A DNA stretch of 64,000 nucleotides, from positions 523,509 to 587,508 of the forward strand of contig DASPLI010000001.1 in NCBI GenBank assembly GCA_035627655.1, given 5' to 3'. Position numbers and translations under genes: made by a program. Positions 8,588 through 18,250 of this stretch are shown here, piece by piece (position 1 is the stretch's first letter; every line of letters begins with the position of its first letter). Origin of the DNA: Minisyncoccota bacterium (GTDB lineage Bacteria > Patescibacteriota > Minisyncoccia > Phycocordibacterales > Phycocordibacteraceae). A model generated the notes under the pieces. It was not told the DNA's origin. It did no database searches and worked only from the letters and a program-made list of their open reading frames with translations.

Positions 8588-10078
8588 ATGAAGGGAGCTG
8601 CGAACCGTACGAATGGAGACGGAGGACCGCGCGATGCGGTCCTGCGTTTTGAAGGTGTTTCTTTCGGGTATGGTTATAACTATCCGATTCTTGATGAGGT
8701 GAACTTTTCGCTCAAGCGCGGCATGAAGGTTACCCTGATGGGCCAAAATGGCGCGGGCAAGTCGACCATATTCAAACTCATTACCGGTATGATGGCCCCT
8801 GAAGGCGGGAAGATTCAAAAGCAGCATGGACTTACGGTTGCAATGGCTGCGCAGGCCATAACAACGAAAGAACGTGAGCTATCGGTGCGTGAGTATTTCG
8901 AAAACTGTTTTAGCGAGAAAGTCTACGATATTGACCCCAAGATTGACGCGGTGCTAGAAGTTGTGAATTTGCGAGCACCAAAAGAAAAGAAACTAAAAGA
9001 TTTCTCCGGCGGGCAGCAGGCGCGCCTCCTCCTTGCTTCGGCCCTTATACAAAATCCAGATCTTCTACTGTTGGACGAACCAACAAACAACCTCGACCAT
9101 GACGGTATTGAACATCTAACGCGATTTCTCAAGGAGTATACGAAGAGCTGCATGGTTATTTCGCATGATGCCGACTTCCTTAACTCATTTACCGACGGCG
9201 TTCTCTATCTGGACGTGCATACGCATAAAGTCGAGCAGTACGTAGGCGATTATTTCTCGCTTCTGAAGGAGATTTCCGCACGTATTGAGAAGGAAAATCG
9301 CAAGAATGCTCAGCTGGAAAAAAAGATCCAAGATAACAAGGATAAGGCGAACTTTTTTGCGCAAAAGGGCGGCAAGATGCGTCTCGTTGCAAAGAAAATG
9401 CGTACGGAGATTGAAGAAATGGAAGAGGAAAAAGTTGACGTTCGAAAAGAAGACAAAACCATCCGTCCGTTTACCATTCCTGCGCAACCGGAGATTATAG
9501 GGCAGTTGCTTTCGATTTCATCGGTATCGATCGTGGACCCGAAGACGCACAAGGAGAAGCGGAAGCCGGCGAGTGTGGCATTGAAGAAAAACACGCACCT
9601 TTTGCTGAAGGGTCCGAACGGAATCGGCAAATCAACACTGTTGGAGTCTCTTGCGCGTGGCACGGCTGAAGGGGCGTCAATCGCTCCTGGAGTGCGGGTT
9701 GGCTACTATCGCCAAGACTTCTCAACCTTGAACTTCGAGGATACGGTCTACGATTCCTTGCTAAGTGCCATGGATAAGCCAAACGAGCAGAACATGCGCG
9801 CAGTCGCTGCTGGTTTCTTGCTGACGGCTGATCATATGCATAAAAAGATCGGCGTCTTGTCGGAAGGCCAGAAGGGGCTCGTCGCCTTTGCACGCCTCGT
9901 GCTTGAACGTCCAGGACTCCTGTTTCTTGATGAGCCAACCAATCATATAAACTTCCGCCACCTTCCAGTTATTGCCAAAGCGCTTGATGAATATCAGGGC
10001 GCTATGGTGCTGGTCTCCCACGTGCCGGAATTTGTCGCACAGATACGCATCGACGAGATACTCGACTTGGAACGATAG
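8588..10078 (+). CDS. ABC-F family ATPase (tandem ABC domains, no transmembrane domain)
   Basis: Two Walker A sites (GQNGAGKST, GPNGIGKST), two signature motifs (FSGGQQ, LSEGQK), and a charged linker between the domains. Confidence 0.85.
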   Translation: MKGAANRTNGDGGPRDAVLRFEGVSFGYGYNYPILDEVNFSLKRGMKVTLMGQNGAGKSTIFKLITGMMAPEGGKIQKQHGLTVAMAAQAITTKERELSVREYFENCFSEKVYDIDPKIDAVLEVVNLRAPKEKKLKDFSGGQQARLLLASALIQNPDLLLLDEPTNNLDHDGIEHLTRFLKEYTKSCMVISHDADFLNSFTDGVLYLDVHTHKVEQYVGDYFSLLKEISARIEKENRKNAQLEKKIQDNKDKANFFAQKGGKMRLVAKKMRTEIEEMEEEKVDVRKEDKTIRPFTIPAQPEIIGQLLSISSVSIVDPKTHKEKRKPASVALKKNTHLLLKGPNGIGKSTLLESLARGTAEGASIAPGVRVGYYRQDFSTLNFEDTVYDSLLSAMDKPNEQNMRAVAAGFLLTADHMHKKIGVLSEGQKGLVAFARLVLERPGLLFLDEPTNHINFRHLPVIAKALDEYQGAMVLVSHVPEFVAQIRIDEILDLER

Positions 10079-10104
10079 CGGATGTAGGGAGTAAAATAGG
10101 GTAG

Positions 10105-10353
10105 ATGTACTTCGTCTATCTTGTTGAATGCAGCGACCGGTCGCTCTATACGGGCATTACAACTGATGTTGCTCGTCGTATGCGCGAGCATGCAGCTGGA
10201 ACAGGAGCGCGGTATACGCGAGCACGAAAGATTCGCAAGCTTCTCTATAGTGAACGGCACGCTAATAGAAGTTCTGCTTCCAAGCGCGAAGCCGAGATAA
10301 AAAGATGGCCACGAGCTAAGAAACTCGCACTGGTTGATCGGTTTGAAATGTAG
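10105..10353 (+). CDS. GIY-YIG nuclease superfamily protein (UPF0213-like)
   Basis: YFVYLVEC...LYTGITTD...R...EH GIY-YIG pattern. Confidence 0.7.
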   Translation: MYFVYLVECSDRSLYTGITTDVARRMREHAAGTGARYTRARKIRKLLYSERHANRSSASKREAEIKRWPRAKKLALVDRFEM

Positions 10354-10363
10354 AGCTGAGCTT

Positions 10364-10666
10364 CTAGATACCTCGTTTTGCCAGCACTGCTCGGACAGAG
10401 GGGCTTACTGTCTTATCTTTGCGATGAATACACCCAAGCCAGCAGCACGGTCGGCGCGCACCGTCTCTCAACTCTTGTATGAGCCGTTTAAGATGCTCTC
10501 TCCTCGTCTGATCTTTCTTAACGAACGTAACCCAGCAAATCCATTCGTTGCGAGCGAGCGGCGTAAGGTTTTGCCATGCTGCCAGTGCCTTTCGGTTGGA
10601 GGTGAGTGCCGTCCGCATATCTTGCGGCAGTCTATGCACGGTACCGCCTGAAATATCGTTGGCCAT
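10364..10666 (-). CDS. YdeI/OmpD-associated family protein
   Basis: LAAWQNLTPLARNEWICWVTFVKKDQTRREHLKRLIQEL matches the OmdA-like pattern. Confidence 0.55.
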   Translation of the reverse strand: MANDISGGTVHRLPQDMRTALTSNRKALAAWQNLTPLARNEWICWVTFVKKDQTRREHLKRLIQELRDGARRPCCWLGCIHRKDKTVSPSVRAVLAKRGI

Positions 10667-10713
10667 AACAAAATCTTACCTCATTGTTACGTGTATTCGA
10701 CAGTATGCACTTT

Positions 10714-13143
10714 TTATCCTTCGTTCCCTTCGTTTTCGCGTCGGCGCTTCCGCATGAAGAAGAGCCACCAGATAAATCCAGCTCCGACCGCCGCAGCTGT
10801 CAGACCCAGCAGGTATGGATACGAAGCTCGAGCGGTAGCGGCCCCGGCAACCAAACCTTCGGATGCGTGTGCAGTTGGGATAAGGGTGTCTAGCAGTCCC
10901 TGTTCGCGAACCTCCTCAGTTCCGAGGATCATGGAAGGCATTGCTGACTCCTCTGACACGAAATCCACCGTAACGGTTCCGTTGTTCTCGTAGACCGCAT
11001 CATTATCTTCGGGCCCATCCACGTATGTTGAGAGCGTATACGTACCATCTACGGCGGAGTCGGAAAACACAACGTCATAGGAAACCGTAATTTCCTCTCC
11101 TGGATAGACCGAGCCAAGTACCCATGGCTCCTCGCGAACAACGGCTCCTGATGGATCGCGAAGTACATCACGAAGCGTGATCGGAAGCGACGCGCGTGAG
11201 TTGGTGTTCGTGAGCACGATTGTCTGATGAACAGAGGAGTTCGGACTTGTAACGGTAGTTTGCGGTGTTGTGCGGGTTACCGTTAGTTCTCGCGGACTGA
11301 GCGTTCCAGTCGGGCGTTCAAGTACACGCGTCTCGTTTCGTTCAGATCCAGACGACGATCGAGAATCGGTACGGACCGTTGCTGTGTCGGTGTTATCGCT
11401 CAGGTTGTTATCCGTTTCTCGTTCTGTCACGGTTACGGTGTTGGTTATATCCGTGTCATATCCGACGCTCACGACCCGTGCTCGATAGGAGACTTCGGTT
11501 GCGGCACCCGGCGGCAGCTCACCCAGCGCGAAGGTAAGCACGTCGCCGTCAGTCGTGTATGGATAATCAGCCTCAATGATCTCCAGATAGTTTTCTTCGT
11601 AGTCATCTACAAGCATGGTTTCCGTCGCTACTGAGTCTCCGTTATTGATCACCGTAAACGTGTAGGTGAGGACGCTGTCGTTTATGACCGAGGAAGGAAC
11701 ATCAACCTGCTCGCCGACCCACAGATCGGGGCGGCCGAAAGCAATGTTACCGTTGAAGTTGCCGAAGATGTTTACGACGGCAAGAATCCAGTTACGACCG
11801 ACCACGGTTCCGTTTGCAATGTTCACGATATTTGCGCCGGCATACGCGTCCCCGGTGGAGATGAGGGCGGTATCTGCCCCGGAAATATGGTTGTCTCCGG
11901 TAAGCGCTACGACGCTTACGTCGTTTTCAATCAATGCTGTTGACGAAGCGGTCATATCTACAGCATTTCCGATCCCGCCCCCTGGTCCGGCTGAGGCGGT
12001 ATCAAACAGAAACACGCTGCCGTCTGGTCCTTCCATCCACGACAGCTCGTCTGGTGCGCCAAATACGTCACCAACCCAGTCTCCGTGTACACGGAAGAGG
12101 ATAGTTACGCTTCGGTCTCCAACCAGTGACGTGTTGAGTTGATTGAATACGTTTGTGACTGCGTGAGAGTCTCCGGAGGTAATCGACGAGTTTTCGGTAC
12201 TGTCGGTAGTGTTGCCACCTGATTCAGCATCTACCGAAACAGTATTTTCAACCGTGGCGGTACTGGTTATATCGACAGTTCGAGGGGAGGAAGCCCCTTC
12301 CGCGATTGAATTGAAGAATGACTGGAGGCTCGGAAAGACAATATCGCCGTCGACCCCGGCAAATGCGTTGAGGGTCACCAAGAGATATGACGAATCAACA
12401 ACCGAGGTATTTGCCATATTGATCAGATTTAGCCCTGCGTAGGCGTCCCCCGTCTCAATAGTTCCGCTCTCCGCACCCGTGATTTCGTTTTCGCCTGATG
12501 ATGCTCGAACAACGATATCGTTCTCAATCCGCGCGTCGTTGCTGAGCCGAACTTCAACTGAGTCGCCGTGTGTGCATGGTGCTCCGTCGCACAGGCCCGC
12601 GAGCGACTCGTAGTAGTTTCTAAAATCAAGCGTTCCGCTTATGTGGTCGAAGAAGTTGGAGAAAACGAACACTCCGTTTGAGTTCACGAAGTTGCTGTTT
12701 ACCAGGTTCAGAATGTTTGCAAGGGCAATGGCACGGCCAGATTCGATTTTCGGTTCTTCGATAACTGATTCAGTTGTCGTGGCTAGAGGGTCAGTACTGC
12801 TCGCCATAGTAGTTTCAACAGTAGATTCTTCAACGACAGCATCGGTTGTTGTTGTGGTGGAGACTGCACTTTCTTCAACCGTCGGGGTGGATGTTGCGAC
12901 CTCTGCTGGCGCCAGTGTTTCCTCAGCAACTGGCTCTTCTGTTGTTTGCGTTTCCTCACTTGTTTCCGCTGGAGACTCTTCCATTCCCTGATCAGCTTCA
13001 GGTGCAACTTCCGTTGACTCTGTCTGCTCGGGTTCAGAAGGTGGGGAAGCTGACTCCTGCGCAGAAACCCGAATGCTCGGAATAAGTAGGGCGACAGCAA
13101 GCAGAACTGCAATGCTGCGGGTGGGAAGTGAGGAGGTGCTCAT
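10714..13143 (-). CDS. large secreted surface protein: signal peptide, E/T-rich linker, three copies of an SG-x-N-x-I-[ST]-G...TGDA-x-AG repeat, DUF11/CARDB-like region, C-terminal TM plus basic tail
   Basis: N-terminal signal peptide (VSAQES); repeats read in the translation; C-terminal hydrophobic helix followed by RKRRRENEGNEG. Confidence 0.65.
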   Translation of the reverse strand: MSTSSLPTRSIAVLLAVALLIPSIRVSAQESASPPSEPEQTESTEVAPEADQGMEESPAETSEETQTTEEPVAEETLAPAEVATSTPTVEESAVSTTTTTDAVVEESTVETTMASSTDPLATTTESVIEEPKIESGRAIALANILNLVNSNFVNSNGVFVFSNFFDHISGTLDFRNYYESLAGLCDGAPCTHGDSVEVRLSNDARIENDIVVRASSGENEITGAESGTIETGDAYAGLNLINMANTSVVDSSYLLVTLNAFAGVDGDIVFPSLQSFFNSIAEGASSPRTVDITSTATVENTVSVDAESGGNTTDSTENSSITSGDSHAVTNVFNQLNTSLVGDRSVTILFRVHGDWVGDVFGAPDELSWMEGPDGSVFLFDTASAGPGGGIGNAVDMTASSTALIENDVSVVALTGDNHISGADTALISTGDAYAGANIVNIANGTVVGRNWILAVVNIFGNFNGNIAFGRPDLWVGEQVDVPSSVINDSVLTYTFTVINNGDSVATETMLVDDYEENYLEIIEADYPYTTDGDVLTFALGELPPGAATEVSYRARVVSVGYDTDITNTVTVTERETDNNLSDNTDTATVRTDSRSSSGSERNETRVLERPTGTLSPRELTVTRTTPQTTVTSPNSSVHQTIVLTNTNSRASLPITLRDVLRDPSGAVVREEPWVLGSVYPGEEITVSYDVVFSDSAVDGTYTLSTYVDGPEDNDAVYENNGTVTVDFVSEESAMPSMILGTEEVREQGLLDTLIPTAHASEGLVAGAATARASYPYLLGLTAAAVGAGFIWWLFFMRKRRRENEGNEG

Positions 13144-13250
13144 GGGATAAAACTAGATGGGTAAGATAGTCTCCCGCTCTCGCATAAACTCTCGAAGTTC
13201 GAGAACTTATCCGAGAACAGGAATATATTCCTGTTCTCAAGACGATGCGC

Positions 13251-14237
13251 TTAGTTGCCTCGAGTCACACGTACAACGCTGCGTCCAACAACGTTTACGA
13301 CTTCAGCAAGCGAGTCAGAGGTACCAGTTGAAACTGAACCACCGTTGCCGCCATTGCCGCCGTCACCGCCTGAACCAGCAGAGTTTGCTGTGTCATTGCC
13401 AGAGACGCTGCCGCCAGAGTTGCCGCGCGCACCACGTGCACCGCGAGACTCGTTGTTGCCGCTGTCAGCGCTTACGGCAACGCCGTTTGCGATTGCAGCA
13501 GTGTTGGTGTTGGAGACTTCGGTCTCGTCATCACCGCCAACATAGGTGCGGGTGTAATCGAGATCAAAGTTGTCATGCTCTTCTTCAGACGAAGTAGAAG
13601 ACGAGCTCTCTGACTGCGTTGAAGCATCAACCGTCATGTGGAACTCGTCATGGTTTTCGTTTGAGCTTTCCGATGAGCTTTCTTCAGAGCTTGACCAGGT
13701 ATCATCGTCGCCGCTGGTTGAAGACTCGTCGTCATCAGATGATGAACTTGAAGACGAGCTCGTATGTTCTTCGTCATCGACGGTCATAGAGAAATCTGAG
13801 GACTCAGAAGCTGATTCCTCAGAGGTGTCTCGTGATGAGCCGGTGCGAGAGCGGATGCTGAGCGACTCGTTGTACTGATCTTCTTCGCAGCCGCAACCTT
13901 CAATAGTTGTGTCGGTTGTGTTGACGTCGTTCTCAACCATTGCAGTTGCAATAGCGTCGCCGGTGGTGATAGATCCGCCATTGCCGCCGTTACCACCGCT
14001 GCCGCCCGAGCCTGCGGTATTGCTCGAATCGCTGCCTGATGCGCTGCCGCCAGAGCCGCCGCGTGCTGCGCGACCACCGTGTGAGGTGTTGCTGCCGGAA
14101 GATGCGGAAACGCTCACCGAGTTGGTAATGGTTGCTGAGTTGTCATTCGTAACGCTGATGGTGCTTGCGGATGCTGCTGGTGCTCCTGCGATCAGAAGCG
14201 CAAACATTGCCACAAGTGCAGTTAGTTTTGCTGTCAT
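13251..14237 (-). CDS. secreted repeat protein (signal peptide; two copies of the same SGGSGGNGGNGGS-x-TGDA module; acidic Ser/Asp/Glu-rich core)
   Basis: Signal peptide ending AASAS; internal duplication; long poly-S/D/E stretches. Confidence 0.55.
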   Translation of the reverse strand: MTAKLTALVAMFALLIAGAPAASASTISVTNDNSATITNSVSVSASSGSNTSHGGRAARGGSGGSASGSDSSNTAGSGGSGGNGGNGGSITTGDAIATAMVENDVNTTDTTIEGCGCEEDQYNESLSIRSRTGSSRDTSEESASESSDFSMTVDDEEHTSSSSSSSSDDDESSTSGDDDTWSSSEESSSESSNENHDEFHMTVDASTQSESSSSTSSEEEHDNFDLDYTRTYVGGDDETEVSNTNTAAIANGVAVSADSGNNESRGARGARGNSGGSVSGNDTANSAGSGGDGGNGGNGGSVSTGTSDSLAEVVNVVGRSVVRVTRGN

Positions 14238-14486
14238 AGATGTTAGTTGCCCGTTAGTTACTGGGTAAGTGAGTGAATAATGGGTGTTGTCCGAGGGTCA
14301 ACGATAGTGTGAATGGGAAATGCGCATCGACCGCAGGTCGCACTCCACAGGGCCTAATTCTTTATGAATCGTAGTGAACAAGAAGTGAATTCAGAAGTTG
14401 TAAATATTCACTGCGTTCTCACATGTGATACACACGAATTACACAATGCGCTCATTACATATAAATTACGCGTCAATTTCTGTGTT

Positions 14487-15347
14487 CTAACGTTCAGAAA
14501 CGACAACCGAGTCGAATTCGACATCCATAAAATCAGTGCGAATGCCGATAAACCCAGGTTCACTAATCGTCGGGACATCATGTACGCCTTTATCTATTGC
14601 CGAGAGAATTTCGCGCCAACTTCCTTCTTCAAACAGAGAGAGGCGGAGCAGCACGCCCTCGGGCACGTCTGTAACTTCAAGTCGGAGGCGCAGCCACTCC
14701 TGGTGCGGAAGGAGGTTGGAAGTACCGCTGCGGTTATAGGAGCCTTCGTAGATTTGTGTGTAGCCGAGCTGGTAATACGTTCCGTATCGCTTTTTCTTTA
14801 TAACGGCGGCACCATCGACCCGTAATCCGGCGTAGTACAAGTTATCGTCATCAAGGTAGCGAGCCATCAATAAAAGTCCATTTGATTCGTTTCGATTCGG
14901 GCTTTCTGAAAGATTGTCGTTTTGAATGCGAAAACTCGCTTCAACCGAAACGTCGTTCCAGGTATGCCGAGATATGAGCCGGAACAGATTTTGCGGATAA
15001 AAGCCGTTATCCGTATCAAGTGGGTCAGCAGTCGCATACTTCTTATGCCATCGGTGCTGCTCGGGAAGCGGTCCTTGGATAGTCATGCCAACGCCGTCTC
15101 TGAGGATCATGTGCCCCCCGGAATTCAGCCACCAGTAGGGACTCGTGCTTTCCTCAGGTGAACCGGCTTCATAGAGAGTGCCTGGTATTGCAAACGTGTA
15201 GTGCAGATAGTCGTCGTGCATTGCGACGCTTGCAGGGACATGGGGTGCCAAATACGACCAATAGCCAAGACGAGTACCCAGTCCCACTGCGCCAACACTG
15301 AGTATGACCAGGAGTACCCCGTAGAGCGCTGCGCGTCGCTTGGTCAT
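14487..15347 (-). CDS. membrane-anchored secreted protein, paralog A of 19648..20514 (concanavalin-A-like/glucanase-like fold inferred)
   Basis: Shares SPYWWLNSGG, NPLDTDNGFYPQNLFRL, NLYYAGLRVDGAAVIKKK and GFIGIRTDFMDVEFD blocks with the other paralog; 4-nt overlap with the deacetylase stop. Confidence 0.6.
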   Translation of the reverse strand: MTKRRAALYGVLLVILSVGAVGLGTRLGYWSYLAPHVPASVAMHDDYLHYTFAIPGTLYEAGSPEESTSPYWWLNSGGHMILRDGVGMTIQGPLPEQHRWHKKYATADPLDTDNGFYPQNLFRLISRHTWNDVSVEASFRIQNDNLSESPNRNESNGLLLMARYLDDDNLYYAGLRVDGAAVIKKKRYGTYYQLGYTQIYEGSYNRSGTSNLLPHQEWLRLRLEVTDVPEGVLLRLSLFEEGSWREILSAIDKGVHDVPTISEPGFIGIRTDFMDVEFDSVVVSER

Positions 15348-16909
15348 GGCGCCGCTTCAACGCGAAGACTCGTAATACTTGTTCGCGCAGTCGCCAGAGG
15401 CTCGCTCCATACGCGAAGACCAATACCGCCCGCCTGTTCGTCAATAGTGGCAGAGATGCTCTCGGTTCCCACGCCGCAGGTAAGTACCGAACCTTGCGCT
15501 TCAAGCGTAAATGTACCGGAAACGGGAACAGAAGCAGCGACTTCCCGGAGTGTTTGCGTCGTGCCGTTGACGCGTTGTTCAAGCGACAGAATGCCGTCAC
15601 CAAAAGTACAGGAAGCGTAGCTTTCTGCGTTCGTATAGCGGGCGATAAGCGAGAAGCTGGTGCCAGGCCGCCGTTCAGCTCCAACCACCAGTCGATAGTC
15701 GCTCCAGGTACGGGTTCCGTCGAGGAATGCAAACGCGCCGGCGCTATTCTCGTCTGCGGCAAGAATGAGGGTATCGTTTTCGGATCGAATTTCGCCCCAG
15801 TTATATTTCCAGCCTATTGTGCTGGTCAGCGGGTCTTCGTAGGGAAGCGGTTTTGGAAGTGCGCCTTCGAGAAACGCAAGCAATTCTCGGCCACTCATGT
15901 CAGTTGCAACTTCGACGCGCTTGAGCCGATGCATCTCTTCTCCGGGATAGTTATACGTATACTCAGGATCAAGCGGCCATACCTGACGGAAAGAAAGATC
16001 GTAGGTTTCAGATACAACATCGCGAATGACGCTCCCTGCTAGCTCGTAATTTTCCGTTTGCTGCCCATAGTCCCCAAAGGGATACGAAAACGCGATAATG
16101 GGTGCGGAGAGCTCTTCGAGCGCGGTCTTTGATTCCTGCAGCTCTCGCTCTACGCGGTCTGCATACTCTGTGTCAGTTTCAAGCCGTCCAGCATCAACAA
16201 GCCATCGTTTGCTACTGAGGAAATTGCCGCGACGCTGATCTGCGGTTGTTGGAACATAGCCGCCCGTCTCTTGTTTGGCATGGGATGCAAGTTCCCAGCG
16301 CCCGCTTGCCACCATACGGTGCAAATCATCCTCATTGAGATAATACGATTTGTGATCCGTTGGCGTACCAAGCGAGCTTTGCGTTGCAACGAACATAACT
16401 GCGGTGTAATCAAGCACGTCGAGTAGCGGATCGGCGTTCTGGTAGCTGTCTCGACGTCCGTCGTCGAAGGTCAGTAAGAACGAGCGTTCGGGCAGGCTCT
16501 TCTCGCCCGCCATAAATGCACGGAAATCTTCCAAGGAAACAGTCTGATACCCGGCTCGCTTGAGCGCAAAAAGCTGATCTTTGAACGTTTCTTCGCGAAG
16601 ACTGAAACGGTCAGCCTGCGGAACAATGCCGTGATACAGGAGAACAGGAATCGCCTGCGCTTCGCCTGCGCTCGTGGCCTCCGGTACCGCAAGCGCGAAG
16701 CCAGAGCCCGCAACAGAGCGGTTTCCGCCCGCGAAGAGTGCGTACTGTAGGCTGTAACCAACCGTGCTCGTAAAGCGATCGAGTGCCGCCAGGAACGCGA
16801 CTTCTTGTTGGCGAAAGGTAATGCCAAGCGTAAAGAAGACGACGAACACAACCAACATCGTACTGACGAAGACAGTTTTTACCTTTGGAATAACGGGAGT
16901 TGCGGTATC
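15344..16909 (-). CDS. polysaccharide deacetylase (NodB homology domain) with N-terminal TM and extra C-terminal domain
   Basis: LLTFDDGRRDSY NodB motif; start MDTATP lies 4 nt after the GT2 stop. Confidence 0.8.
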   Translation of the reverse strand, partial: DTATPVIPKVKTVFVSTMLVVFVVFFTLGITFRQQEVAFLAALDRFTSTVGYSLQYALFAGGNRSVAGSGFALAVPEATSAGEAQAIPVLLYHGIVPQADRFSLREETFKDQLFALKRAGYQTVSLEDFRAFMAGEKSLPERSFLLTFDDGRRDSYQNADPLLDVLDYTAVMFVATQSSLGTPTDHKSYYLNEDDLHRMVASGRWELASHAKQETGGYVPTTADQRRGNFLSSKRWLVDAGRLETDTEYADRVERELQESKTALEELSAPIIAFSYPFGDYGQQTENYELAGSVIRDVVSETYDLSFRQVWPLDPEYTYNYPGEEMHRLKRVEVATDMSGRELLAFLEGALPKPLPYEDPLTSTIGWKYNWGEIRSENDTLILAADENSAGAFAFLDGTRTWSDYRLVVGAERRPGTSFSLIARYTNAESYASCTFGDGILSLEQRVNGTTQTLREVAASVPVSGTFTLEAQGSVLTCGVGTESISATIDEQAGGIGLRVWSEPLATARTSITSLRVEAAP

Positions 16910-16916
16910 CATAGCG

Positions 16917-18245
16917 CTAGCGTGTTCCCCACGCGCGATTTTGAATGGTTGCGAGTGCGTAGAAGAGCATGAAGGAGAGTACGGCGAGATTGAGCGTGGA
17001 CCAAGCAAAGAGGTACGGCCAGTACGCGTTATCACGGGCTACGTAGCGGTAATAGAGCGCAATAATGGTAGTGATCAGGAACACGCCGGCAATGTAGAAG
17101 ACCGGAACGGTACCGGTGAGAAGCGGGTAAATGATAAGCGCAAGCGCAGCCATAAACGGCGTCATGAGCGTGATGACGACGAGCGGGAAGAAGTACGTAA
17201 GCGCGATAAACGGCTCACGCTTCAAGATGAACTTCGACGCAAATATCGAGTTTACGAGCCAGCCCTTCTTCCAGCGTGCCTGTTGCTTCAGGAGCTGCTT
17301 AAGGTTGTCAGGGCAGATGGTATAGGCCTGCACACGGTCCGTGTAGATGGTTCGCTGGCCCTGTCGAAGTACCCAGTTAGTGAGTGCTCGATCGTCACCC
17401 CAGGTCACTGGAAGACCCAAGAATCGCTCAGAAAGCCACGTATCGAGAATGGGAATAATGGTCGATCGTCGGTAGGCGGATGAGCAGCCGCTGCAGCAGA
17501 AAACAGTAAAGAATGCAGATTCTGCCGCCTTGAGAATACGGAAGGAGAGAAAGTAGTAGGCTGCCTGCATTTTCGTCAGGAAGTTTTGATCAGCGTTTGC
17601 CGGGTCGGCGTGCGCGCATACGGCGCCAATCGTATGGTCGGCAAACGGAGCGATCAATTCTGGAAACGTCTTTGGATCAATGTAGCTGTCTGAATCAAGT
17701 TGCACCACGATCTCACCCGTTGCTCTACGGAATCCTTCAGCCATGCCATGGCGCTTCCCGCGATTCTCCTTCCAATCAACGATGATAAGTTCGGGATATT
17801 TTTTCTGCGTCTCGTAGAGGACGTCGCGTGTTCCGTCGGTCGAGCCGTCGTTGATGACGATTACTTCCAGGAGTTCTTTCGGATAGTCTGCAGCAAAACA
17901 CTGCTCAATAGAATGTGCGATGGCGCCCTCTTCGTTTTTGCAGGGAATAACAAACGACACTTTCGGCTGATACCGGACGGTTGCCGTGCTTGGAACTGCT
18001 TTCGAGCTTATGTTGCCGTAAATGATTGCCCCTAAAACACGCGACAATTCAAAGGTCGTTACCAGAATGGTGTAGACGAAAATAATCGGCGCAGCCCAGA
18101 AGTCCGCCCATGCTTCTGATTTTACGAGGGCAAGAATAAAGAGGATAACAATACCCGCGCCAAGCAGAATCGCTCGGAACGTTCGGTCATCCAGCCGGGG
18201 AGTGCGCGGGCGAGCCGGCGCGTACGTTGCTGCGGTTGCTTTCAT
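16917..18245 (-). CDS. processive family-2 glycosyltransferase of the hyaluronan/chitin synthase/NodC type
   Basis: DSD, GDDRALTN, GCSSAYRR and QQARWKKGW motifs plus multiple TM helices. Confidence 0.85.
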   Translation of the reverse strand: MKATAATYAPARPRTPRLDDRTFRAILLGAGIVILFILALVKSEAWADFWAAPIIFVYTILVTTFELSRVLGAIIYGNISSKAVPSTATVRYQPKVSFVIPCKNEEGAIAHSIEQCFAADYPKELLEVIVINDGSTDGTRDVLYETQKKYPELIIVDWKENRGKRHGMAEGFRRATGEIVVQLDSDSYIDPKTFPELIAPFADHTIGAVCAHADPANADQNFLTKMQAAYYFLSFRILKAAESAFFTVFCCSGCSSAYRRSTIIPILDTWLSERFLGLPVTWGDDRALTNWVLRQGQRTIYTDRVQAYTICPDNLKQLLKQQARWKKGWLVNSIFASKFILKREPFIALTYFFPLVVITLMTPFMAALALIIYPLLTGTVPVFYIAGVFLITTIIALYYRYVARDNAYWPYLFAWSTLNLAVLSFMLFYALATIQNRAWGTR

Positions 18246-18250
18246 AAGGG

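Noticed and set aside
11270-12991. Plus-strand ORFs (11270-11488, 11666-12142, 12209-12442, 12641-12991) inside the large surface-protein gene
   Set aside because: They are antisense to an 809-aa gene that has a signal peptide and a coherent repeat architecture. They are low-complexity mirror translations.
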